Positions 30,121-38,378 of a stretch of DNA of 48,703 nucleotides are shown here, piece after piece. Source of the stretch: Flavobacteriales bacterium (GTDB taxonomy: Bacteria > Bacteroidota > Bacteroidia > Flavobacteriales > BACL11); NCBI GenBank assembly GCA_018652335.1, contig JABICI010000023.1:1-48703 (forward strand), read 5' to 3'. Each line of letters begins with the position of its first letter. The first letter of the stretch is position 1. The notes beneath the pieces are model-generated. The model ran no database searches. It was not told where the DNA came from and was given only the letters and a program-made list of their open reading frames with translations. The translations under genes were made by a program, and so were the position numbers.

Positions 30121-30528
30121 CTATATTATGAAGGGGGGAGATTTATTTTGAAAGCTAGTAAAATCAGTTAAGTTTAATGAATCAAATGATTGATGCATTA
30201 CTGATGTTAAAGATTTAAAAACAAGATTTGAATATTTATCTAAAAAAGCAAATTTTACATTAGAAAAATGATCACAAATATTGCATTTTTCTAAAGTATT
30301 TGCAAGATGAGAGTCATGTGAACATTCTTTTTCAAAATTTATTTTTTGAAAAAGAGCCTCACAAAATAAAACATTTATTTCTTCATCATGATGATCACAA
30401 CAATAGTCTTGATCATTTTGATTTATTGAATGACTATGAAAAGAGAACAAAGATAATGAACCAAATAAATAAATTAAAAGTAATGTACCGCTTAAAATTC
30501 TATTATGTAAGATTATACTTTTTTTCAT
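30121..30528 (-). CDS. His/Cys-rich upstream ORF of the TBDR (CruR/DUF2946-like leader protein); start re-called to ATG at 30528 or 30531
   Basis: Basic N-terminus and hydrophobic segment, FHSHS, CCDHHD, CSHDSH, CNICDH, C-terminal NKSPPFII. Confidence 0.72.
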   Translation of the reverse strand: MKKSIILHNRILSGTLLLIYLFGSLSLFSFHSHSINQNDQDYCCDHHDEEINVLFCEALFQKINFEKECSHDSHLANTLEKCNICDHFSNVKFAFLDKYSNLVFKSLTSVMHQSFDSLNLTDFTSFQNKSPPFII

Positions 30529-30532
30529 CATG

Positions 30533-30540
30533 CAAAAATA
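30533..30540 (-). promoter_or_regulatory. -7 promoter element TATTTTTG directly before ATGATG of the upstream ORF
   Basis: Minus strand TATTTTTG-C-ATG-ATG-AAA. Confidence 0.6.
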
Positions 30541-30647
30541 TAATTCTAAATTCATATTTTCTTAAAAACTAAACTAAAATTGAAATTTATTTATTTAAAA
30601 AAATTTTCTAGTGCAATTAAGATTGCTTACTTTTAAAAAAAAAAATC

Positions 30648-32102
30648 ATGAAAAGAATTTTAACAATCTGTATTGCATTAGTATTTGCTTTATCCTCTCA
30701 TGCAACTCATTTAATGGGAGGTCAAATAACAACAACTTATATTTCTTCTGATACATCTGGCTCCCATTATTTTTTAGAATTAGATTTATATAGAGATACA
30801 TTAGGCATAAATGTTGATACGATACAAGAAATAGAAATATGGTCATTAGATGTAATGGGCAATTACAATCTATTATCAACCAATACATTAACTTTGGGTA
30901 CTTCAGGCGCACTAGCAACCATGTCATCTGCTTATGGTGTCGAAATTTATCATTTTACTGATTCAATTATATTCCCTGCTAATGGAAATTATATTGTGAA
31001 ATGGAAAAATTGTTGCAGAAATAATGCTATAATAAATATGGCTACTCCAGGATCTGAAACAATGACTCTTCTAGCATATGTTAATGTCAATAATCTATCC
31101 CCAAATTCATCTCCAACATTTCTAGCGCCACCAATTATTTATCTTCCAACTAATAATATTTGGCAATACAATCCATTACCATTTGATATAGATGGTGATT
31201 CGTTAGTATGGAATTTAACAGTTCCATTATCAGCATCAAGTAACCCTCCAATACCAGACTCAGTAACAGGTTACGAATTTCTTTCTGACACTATACTTTA
31301 TTCAAACTCTTCAGCACCTTTTGCAGTAAATAATTTTACAGGAGAAATAACTTGGAGTCCAAAAATGATAGGAAATTTTGTTGCTTCATTAACAATACAA
31401 GAATATAGGAACGGAACTCTTATTGGGGCAATGAATAGAGATATGCAATTCGTTGTTGTTGCTGATTCAACAAACTTCACTCCAATTATTTCTAATATGC
31501 AAAGTTTACCAACAAATAATCTTGGAAATCCCTACGTTAAAATTGCACCTGGACAAAACTATCAACTTCATTTACTTGCATCTGATCAAGACTTAAATGA
31601 TGTAATTAGTATGGATGCATTTGGAGAGCCTTTTAGCTTATCAAATGGGGCAAGCTTCAGTTATTCTTTGACGGGAAATAATAACGAGATAGATGGTGTT
31701 TTCTCTTGGACACCAGATATAAATCATCTTCGCGAAAATCCATATCTTGTTGTATTTAGGACAACTGATAATTTCTTTTATTTTGATGAGACTGTTCAAT
31801 TTGAAGTAACGTACAATACATCTATTAATGAGGATCAAAATAATTTATTTGTTCAAACTATTTATCCTAATCCAGCAAGAAACTCCTTTACACTACCTAT
31901 TCTAATAGAAAAAAACAATAACATTAAAATAGACATTTATAATAATCTTGGGATTAAAGTCTCTAGTAGAAACTTAGAACTAAGTGCGGGTTCACATCTG
32001 ATAGTCAATAACTTTAATCTTAATAATGGACAATATTTTGTAAATATTACAGATGAATTTGGAACTATCAAAACAACAAAGAAATTACTCATATTAAAAT
32101 AA
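30648..32102 (+). CDS. Secreted protein with THxxGGxI N-terminal domain, Ig/cadherin-like modules and T9SS type A CTD
   Basis: SHA-THLMGGQIT, LYRD, CCRN, NSSPTF, DIDGDSL, TGEITWSP, RDMQF; CTD IYPNP...IYNNLG...GQYFV...KKLLILK. Confidence 0.82.
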   Translation: MKRILTICIALVFALSSHATHLMGGQITTTYISSDTSGSHYFLELDLYRDTLGINVDTIQEIEIWSLDVMGNYNLLSTNTLTLGTSGALATMSSAYGVEIYHFTDSIIFPANGNYIVKWKNCCRNNAIINMATPGSETMTLLAYVNVNNLSPNSSPTFLAPPIIYLPTNNIWQYNPLPFDIDGDSLVWNLTVPLSASSNPPIPDSVTGYEFLSDTILYSNSSAPFAVNNFTGEITWSPKMIGNFVASLTIQEYRNGTLIGAMNRDMQFVVVADSTNFTPIISNMQSLPTNNLGNPYVKIAPGQNYQLHLLASDQDLNDVISMDAFGEPFSLSNGASFSYSLTGNNNEIDGVFSWTPDINHLRENPYLVVFRTTDNFFYFDETVQFEVTYNTSINEDQNNLFVQTIYPNPARNSFTLPILIEKNNNIKIDIYNNLGIKVSSRNLELSAGSHLIVNNFNLNNGQYFVNITDEFGTIKTTKKLLILK

Positions 32103-32108
32103 CTTAAA

Positions 32109-33251
32109 ATGAAAAAAATAGTATACTTAACATTACTGTCTGTATTTATTGCAAGTTGCAATAGTAATTTAGATAATAAAAAAGTAGAGAACTTTGTTGT
32201 AGAGCATTTTAAAAATCAAACGATTGAGTCAGAAGCAATATCAACCTTTGATGTTAATATTAGCGATTCAGTAATACTTTTTAATTTATCTAACGGATGG
32301 GTAGGGAGACCAAATTGGGTTAATGACAAAAGTAAAATTAAAACAGATTGGTTTTACGAAGACTCTGTTGCAACAGAAGTTTCAGATGTAGAAATTTTTG
32401 GAGAAATTGCTAGCGTATATGGAAATGTAAGTTTCTTTACTAATGGAATTAGCACTTCAAATGCCGGATTCCATTCATTAGTTGGCAATGAAAAAGGAAA
32501 ACTAGTTTTCAAAAGACACTCATGGATGAATTGGAATATGAATAAAGCAGCAAATTCATTTGTGTGGCCATCTTCAGATGTTGAAGGATCTCTTTCTATG
32601 TATAATAAAATGAGATATGCAATGGCTAATCTTAGAAATAACGATGCCTTAGCTTATTCTGACAGTTTAGTTAAATTAGATCCTAATTTAGCTGTAGCAC
32701 ACATTGGAAAACTACACTACTTGTTTATAAACGGAAAAGCTGATGAACTAGTTGCTCTTTTAGATGAGATAAAGCCTAAACTAGAAGATGCTACAATTGC
32801 AGAAAGATACTACATAGAGACAATGACTCCTTCATCTTCAAGAAATGAAATACTTAAAAAGTTTGAAAATGCATTAATCTATGCTGCAAACGACCCACTA
32901 CTAAGAGGTTGGTATTCATACTACCTTCTAGATTTAGATAAAAGAATCGAAAATATAAATATTGGACTTAAACGATTCCCCGAAAGTAGCTTGTTAAATA
33001 ACATGATGGGGTATCTAATGAAAGAAAAAGGAGATTACAAGGCGGCAAAACAATATTTAAATGTATACATAACAATACATCCGGAAGAACCAAATGCATA
33101 TGATTCAATGGGAGATATTCTTTTAGCATCAGGAGATAGAATTCAAGCTAAAGAAATGTTTTTAAAAGCCTATGAGTTAAGTAGAAACTTGAAAACTGGT
33201 CCTGAAGATTTTTTCGAAAGATCTAAGAATAAGGCAGAGGCAATTAATTAA
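32109..33251 (+). CDS. Tetratricopeptide-repeat lipoprotein
   Basis: Lipobox IASC; C-terminal TPRs (NNMMGY...GDYKAAK, PNAYDSMGDILL..GD...AKEMF.KA). The N-terminal part looks NTF2-like (inference). Confidence 0.75.
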   Translation: MKKIVYLTLLSVFIASCNSNLDNKKVENFVVEHFKNQTIESEAISTFDVNISDSVILFNLSNGWVGRPNWVNDKSKIKTDWFYEDSVATEVSDVEIFGEIASVYGNVSFFTNGISTSNAGFHSLVGNEKGKLVFKRHSWMNWNMNKAANSFVWPSSDVEGSLSMYNKMRYAMANLRNNDALAYSDSLVKLDPNLAVAHIGKLHYLFINGKADELVALLDEIKPKLEDATIAERYYIETMTPSSSRNEILKKFENALIYAANDPLLRGWYSYYLLDLDKRIENINIGLKRFPESSLLNNMMGYLMKEKGDYKAAKQYLNVYITIHPEEPNAYDSMGDILLASGDRIQAKEMFLKAYELSRNLKTGPEDFFERSKNKAEAIN

Positions 33252-33307
33252 ACTATTCATTATACTACCTACTATCAAATACAGTAGATTAATTTTAAAA
33301 ACTAAAA

Positions 33308-34393
33308 GTGATATATTTAATTGTTAAAGTTCTATTTGCAACATATTTGCTTTGGAAAATTTCATCAACTTTTGATTTAGCAGCAAATTTTCTAACAAGA
33401 AACATTGGAGAGGGTATAAAAGGTCCAACAATTAATGCAATTGCTTCTTCTCTTCCTGAATTATTCATCTCTACAATGTTTCTTTTTTATTATGGAGACA
33501 TAAAAGGTTTTTCGGCGAGCTACGCAACTATAATTGGTAGTTCAGCATTTAATATTGCTGTAATTCCAGTTGTATCATTTCTTGTTGTTTACTTTAAAAA
33601 TAATACTAAAAAGTTTGAAGTTGATAAAGTAATTGTAAAACAAGATGGTATATTTTTAATTGGTGCAATCATATTGTTTTTGTTAGGGTTTTTGTACGGA
33701 ATAAATACATGTTTTACTTATATACTAATTGGTTATTACATAGTCTATGTTTATTCACTATATATAAGTAGAAAAAGTAATAAATCTGATTTTGAGAGTA
33801 ATAATATTGTAGAAACTGAATATAGTAATGGAATATTTTCAGACATTTTAAATTTAAAATTGTTTAGTTTGTTTAATTCAGGAAAAATAACTACTAATTC
33901 CTCATTACTTATAATACTTTTATCAATAGTAGTTATAGGTTTGAGTTGTGACATACTTATAACATCAACAGAACATATTTCAAAATTTATTGGAATTAAT
34001 TTGTTTTTTGTTTCCTTTTTTATCGCCTCAATTGCATCAAGTATTCCAGACACTTTTTTATCCGTTAAAGATGCAACTAATGGTAAATTTAAAGATTCGT
34101 TTTCTAATGCATATGGATCAAATATGTTTGATATTTGTATAGGACTTGGGCTTCCTTTATTTGTTTACACAACAATTAATGGAACAATAAATACTGATTT
34201 TCCAATTACTAGGATAGGGTTTTTAGGAGATTCATTTTTAAATGGAAATGTGTTATTATGGTCAATAATTTTACTTTTAGTTTTCACAATTACAACTACA
34301 TTAATTTATTATTACAACACTTTAAAATTCCAAAATGCAATTATAATAATAGCCTTGTATTTATTATTTATGTTTGGATTAATTATCTTTTAA
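33308..34393 (+). CDS. Cation/Ca2+ exchanger (CaCA, YrbG-like) antiporter
   Basis: Alpha repeats AIASSLPELF...IIGSSAFNI and SIASSIPDTF...AYGSNMFDI. Confidence 0.88.
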   Translation: MIYLIVKVLFATYLLWKISSTFDLAANFLTRNIGEGIKGPTINAIASSLPELFISTMFLFYYGDIKGFSASYATIIGSSAFNIAVIPVVSFLVVYFKNNTKKFEVDKVIVKQDGIFLIGAIILFLLGFLYGINTCFTYILIGYYIVYVYSLYISRKSNKSDFESNNIVETEYSNGIFSDILNLKLFSLFNSGKITTNSSLLIILLSIVVIGLSCDILITSTEHISKFIGINLFFVSFFIASIASSIPDTFLSVKDATNGKFKDSFSNAYGSNMFDICIGLGLPLFVYTTINGTINTDFPITRIGFLGDSFLNGNVLLWSIILLLVFTITTTLIYYYNTLKFQNAIIIIALYLLFMFGLIIF

Positions 34394-34479
34394 ATTATTA
34401 AGCATTCTGTTATTATATTAAGAATAAAACTACTTATATAACAATTTAAAATTAGGTTTTACAAAATTAAAATTGTGAT

Positions 34480-34656
34480 TTAGTATTTGATGATTTTCTC
34501 TGTTATATTATTACTTTCAAGTAAGTAAATATCATTATTAAAATTACTAATCTCAATTAATCTACGACTTCCACTCATCACAACATCAACTAAAATGTTA
34601 AACATCTAAATTCTAAAAGATTGGATAAATAAAATTACTGCGAGAATTCTTTTCAT
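34480..34656 (-). pseudogene. Collapsed T9SS-cargo gene remnant: signal-peptide start, TAG, then CTD tail
   Basis: Read manually: MKRILAVILFIQSFRI*MFNILVDVVMSGSRRLIEISNFNNDIYLLESNNITEKIIKY*, one frame with TAG at 34608-34606. Confidence 0.6.
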
Positions 34657-34703
34657 TTAACAATCTCTCCTAAATCAAAAAAAAAAAAAAATGAAATATA
34701 TGC

Positions 34704-34739
34704 AAATAAAAACCCACTCAATTGAGTGGGTTTTTATTT
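34704..34739. terminator. Perfect 36-bp palindrome, terminator downstream of tRNA-Pro
   Basis: AAATAAAAACCCACTCAA/TTGAGTGGGTTTTTATTT. Confidence 0.85.
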
Positions 34740-34745
34740 TAAAAG

Positions 34746-34820
34746 TCGGGGTAGCAAGATTCGAACTTGCGACCTCCTGCTCCCAAAGCAGGCGCGATAA
34801 CCGGGCTACGCTATACCCCG
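34746..34820 (-). tRNA. tRNA-Pro(TGG)
   Basis: Reverse complement CGGGGTATAGCGTAGCCCGGTTATCGCG-CCTGC-TT-TGG-GA-GCAGG-AGGTCGCAAGTTCGAATCTTGC-TACCCCGA. Own -7 element TAAATTTG at 34831-34838. Confidence 0.96.
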
Positions 34821-34879
34821 AAAAGGTTGGCAAATTTATACTTTTTTAATTCTTATGTAAAGAATTTTAAATATAATTG

Positions 34880-34966
34880 CGGAGAGGAAGGGATTCGAAC
34901 CCCCGGTACGCGTAAGCGCACAACTCCTTAGCAGGGAGCCCCGTTCGGCCACTCCGGCACCTCTCC
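34880..34966 (-). tRNA. tRNA-Ser(GCT)
   Basis: Reverse complement GGAGAGGTGCCGGAGTGGCCGAACGGG-GCTCC-CT-GCT-AA-GGAGT-...GGGGGTTCGAATCCCT-TCCTCTCCG, long variable arm. -7 element TACATTTG at 34995-35002. Confidence 0.95.
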
Positions 34967-35117
34967 AAATTTTAAAGAACATTTTAAAGGATTGCAAATG
35001 TATACTAATCTTAATATTTGACAAATTATATTTTAACTAAATTTAGAATGAACTTTAGAACTATTTAGAGCTATTAATTTTCACCAAATGTTATATTTGC
35101 AGACATATACAAATATT

Positions 35118-36881
35118 ATGAACAAAAAAGTACTTTTAATATCATTTATAGCTACAATTCTAATATCATGTGTTAACAATAGAGATTTATCAAAAAACAC
35201 AGTTGTTGCTCATATACTTTCACAGCCAGATGGTCTGCATCCTTTTAATGATAATTCTGTTATGAGAAGCTATGTTTTTAATTATACACAAAAGACATTA
35301 ATTAAACTTGATTTAGAAACCCTTGATTATATTCCATCTTTAGTTAAAAGGATGCCAATTGCATCAGATGACAATTTATCTTTCGAATATGAAATCAAAG
35401 ATGGTGTATTATGGGATGATGGTACAGAAATGAATGCATTAGACGTTGCCTTTTCTGTAAAACTTATGCTTTGTCCCCTAACTAATAACGCACAGATAAG
35501 AAGTAATTATTCAACAGTTATTAAAAGTATTGTGATTGATAAAAATAATCCAAAGAAATTTACAATGAATGCTCAAAACATTCATTGGGATAATAAATTT
35601 ATTTTTTCAGAATTATATATCGTACAAAAAAGCTTTTGGGACCCTAAAGGTATTCTTGACGAATTATCTTTTGAAGAAATACTTTCAGATAAATTCAACG
35701 AAACAGAAGTTCTATCAGATTGGTTTAACTCATATAATGATGCAGACAATTCCTATAAACCAAATTTGTTAGTTGGTCTTGGAGCTTATCAAGTTACAGA
35801 ATGGGAAGCGAGTCAATATATCACAATTGAAAAGAAACAAAATTGGTGGGGTGAGAATGACACATCAATCTACAATAAAGCTTACCCTGAAAAAATTATT
35901 TTTAAAATTATAAAAGAGGACGCTTCTTCTTACTTAGCATTAAAAAATCAAGAAATAGATGTGACAACAAATATTGGCACAATAAAATTGATGAAACTAC
36001 AGGAAAGAGAATACTTTAACAACAATTATGAATCTGATTTTCTTGATCAGTATTCATTTGGTTATTTAGGTATGAATATGAAACCTGATGGAATTAAACA
36101 AAAACCATTTTTTATTGATCAAAAAGTTAGAAGAGCAATGGCATACATGATTCCAGTAGATGAAATCATAGAAGTAATGATGCATGGTAAGGCAAGTAGA
36201 CAAGCTTCTTTAATTTCACCTCTTAAGAAAACATATAATGACACCTTACAACTTATCCCTTTAGATATTGATAAAGCAAAACAACTTTTAGATGAAGCTG
36301 GATGGGTTGATACTGATGGTGACAATATTAGAGACAAAGTCCTTAATGGAGTAAAAACACCATTCTCTTTTAAACTTAGTTACATGAGTTCTCCAACATC
36401 AACAGAGATAGTTTTAATGATGAAAGAAAGTATGTATAAAGCTGGAGTTGTTGCAGAACCAACTCCAATGGACTTTTCACTTTTCTACAAAAATGCAATG
36501 GATCACAACTTTGACGGTATGCTAGGTGGCTGGGGAGGAAGTGCTTCTTATTCCAATCCTATGCAATTATGGCATACATCCTCATGGGTAAATAAAGGAT
36601 CTAATTTTTGTGGTTTTGGTGATGCAGAAAGTGATGCATTAATTGAAGAAGCTAATCTAACATTAGATCCAGAAATACACAATAATGCTCTTCTTAAGTT
36701 ACAAGCAAAAGTCTATACAGATCAACCTTATGTTTTCTTATATGCGACAAAAAGAAAATTTGCAATTCATAAAAGATTTAATAACATCAACATGTACAAT
36801 GAGCGTCCTGGAGTTATGTTACAAAATCTAAATTTAAAAGCAGAGTTTAGTAATAAAAATTTAGCCCCAACAACTAATTAA
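35118..36881 (+). CDS. ABC transporter substrate-binding lipoprotein, family 5 (OppA/DppA-like); start re-called to 35118
   Basis: Lipobox LISC, WDDG.E..A.DV.FS, VGLGAYQV..W, DQKVRRAM, AKQLLDEAGW.DTDGD. TATATTTG lies at 35092-35099, inside the longer track ORF. Confidence 0.9.
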   Translation: MNKKVLLISFIATILISCVNNRDLSKNTVVAHILSQPDGLHPFNDNSVMRSYVFNYTQKTLIKLDLETLDYIPSLVKRMPIASDDNLSFEYEIKDGVLWDDGTEMNALDVAFSVKLMLCPLTNNAQIRSNYSTVIKSIVIDKNNPKKFTMNAQNIHWDNKFIFSELYIVQKSFWDPKGILDELSFEEILSDKFNETEVLSDWFNSYNDADNSYKPNLLVGLGAYQVTEWEASQYITIEKKQNWWGENDTSIYNKAYPEKIIFKIIKEDASSYLALKNQEIDVTTNIGTIKLMKLQEREYFNNNYESDFLDQYSFGYLGMNMKPDGIKQKPFFIDQKVRRAMAYMIPVDEIIEVMMHGKASRQASLISPLKKTYNDTLQLIPLDIDKAKQLLDEAGWVDTDGDNIRDKVLNGVKTPFSFKLSYMSSPTSTEIVLMMKESMYKAGVVAEPTPMDFSLFYKNAMDHNFDGMLGGWGGSASYSNPMQLWHTSSWVNKGSNFCGFGDAESDALIEEANLTLDPEIHNNALLKLQAKVYTDQPYVFLYATKRKFAIHKRFNNINMYNERPGVMLQNLNLKAEFSNKNLAPTTN

Positions 36882-36895
36882 ATAACAGCATAAAA

Positions 36896-38374
36896 ATGTT
36901 CAAATACGCAATTAAAAGAATTTTAACTTTTATACCAATGCTAATAGCGATATCTTTACTTTCTTTCGTTATAAGTATTAATGCTCCAGGAGATCCTGTT
37001 GAAAGATTATCTAAGGCAGCAGGAAATGAAGGCTCTGCTGAAAAACAATCAGGTGCATCAAAAAAAATTAAGCAAGAATTAAGAAAAAAATTAGGTTTAG
37101 ATCTTCCTATATTCTATTTCAGCGTTACTGATTTAGCATCATGTGATACACTGTACAGAATACAGGACAAATATCATAAAAAGAATCTTGAAGCGCTTAC
37201 ACACCAAAGCGGTAATTGGCAAGCAGTTTCTGATTATTACAATGCATTACTAAAGCTTCAAAAATCACATCAGAGCATTAACATCAAATCTATCACGGCA
37301 AAAGACAGTTCATTAAACATTAATGAGGTTACTGAAGCAAATAATCAGTTTGGTGTTGAGATTGGAAGTTTATTAGAAACATCTAACAATCTTTTAATTG
37401 CTGGCAAATTTGATAAAATGAACACTCTATTAATGGAAAATATTTTTTTATCTGACATTAAACAAGAATTAAAAGAAGTTCAATATGCTAATAATAATTT
37501 AATATCTGAATCACAAACTTGGAAAACATATATACCAAACATGAACTTTTATGGAGCTAAAAATCAATACCATCTTTGGTTATTTGGTAACGGTAAAGAA
37601 CGTAAAGGTTTAATACGGGGTGACTTTGGAATATCTTACATTGATAGTCAGCCAATACAAGATAAAATTTGGCAAAAGGTAGGAATATCTTTTTCACTTT
37701 CATTAATATCAATATTCTTAGCATATTTAATTAGTATCCCTATTGGAATTTATTCAGCTTATAAAAAAGATTCAGTTGCTGACAAAGGAATGTCACTCAT
37801 ACTTTTTATTCTATACTCAATGCCATCTTTTTTTGTTGGTACATTATTATTACTTCAATTTGCAAACCCTGATAATTTAAGTTGGTTTCCTGTCTCTGGT
37901 ATTCAAGATCCAACATTATTTGATCCAGAATGGAACATGTGGCAAAAAATTAAGCATCGATTACCATTCTTAATATTACCAATCATTACTTATACATATG
38001 GTTCATTTGCATTTTTAAGTAGAATTATGAGAGTTGGTATGATTGATATAGTCACACAAGATTATATTAGAACTGCAAGAGCGAAGGGACTTGGAGAGTC
38101 TAAAGTTATTTTAAAACATGCTTTAAGAAATTCATTATTGCCAGTTATAACTGTTTTTGCTGCAATATTTCCAATGGCAATAGGAGGAAGTATAATTATA
38201 GAGGTAATATTCTCAATACCTGGAATGGGAGTTGAAATTTTTAATTCAATATTAAATTATGACTATCCAATGATTATTACTGTATTTACACTTTCAGGCT
38301 TCCTAACAATGATTGGATATTTAGTATCTGATATTTTATACGCAGTAGTGGACCCTAGAATTTCATACAAATAA
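36896..38374 (+). CDS. ABC transporter permease (OppB/DppB-like) with long insertion
   Basis: YAIKRIL...APGDP, GDFGISY, EAA loop DYIRTARAKGL...HALRNSL, DILYAVVDPRI. Confidence 0.92.
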   Translation: MFKYAIKRILTFIPMLIAISLLSFVISINAPGDPVERLSKAAGNEGSAEKQSGASKKIKQELRKKLGLDLPIFYFSVTDLASCDTLYRIQDKYHKKNLEALTHQSGNWQAVSDYYNALLKLQKSHQSINIKSITAKDSSLNINEVTEANNQFGVEIGSLLETSNNLLIAGKFDKMNTLLMENIFLSDIKQELKEVQYANNNLISESQTWKTYIPNMNFYGAKNQYHLWLFGNGKERKGLIRGDFGISYIDSQPIQDKIWQKVGISFSLSLISIFLAYLISIPIGIYSAYKKDSVADKGMSLILFILYSMPSFFVGTLLLLQFANPDNLSWFPVSGIQDPTLFDPEWNMWQKIKHRLPFLILPIITYTYGSFAFLSRIMRVGMIDIVTQDYIRTARAKGLGESKVILKHALRNSLLPVITVFAAIFPMAIGGSIIIEVIFSIPGMGVEIFNSILNYDYPMIITVFTLSGFLTMIGYLVSDILYAVVDPRISYK

Positions 38375-38378
38375 GATT

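Noticed and set aside
30543-30551. ATTCTAAAT beside the uORF promoter (and ATTTAGAAT at 35041-35049), resembling half of a flavobacterial Fur box
   Set aside because: Half-sites only, easily produced by chance in AT-rich DNA.
30613-30626. GCAAT-TAAG-ATTGC inverted repeat in the divergent promoter region
   Set aside because: Only 5-bp arms; cannot be tied to a regulator without comparative data.
34606-34608. In-frame TAG as possible stop-codon recoding
   Set aside because: TAG is used as a true stop elsewhere (aroC, paaD, uORF); decay of a remnant is the simpler explanation.
34836-35024. 62-aa ORF
   Set aside because: Spans tRNA-Ser on the same strand; spurious.
34394-35090. Possible integrative element at tRNA-Pro/Ser
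   Set aside because: No integrase and no duplicated tRNA 3' end (att site) found; the 36-bp palindrome is explained as a terminator.
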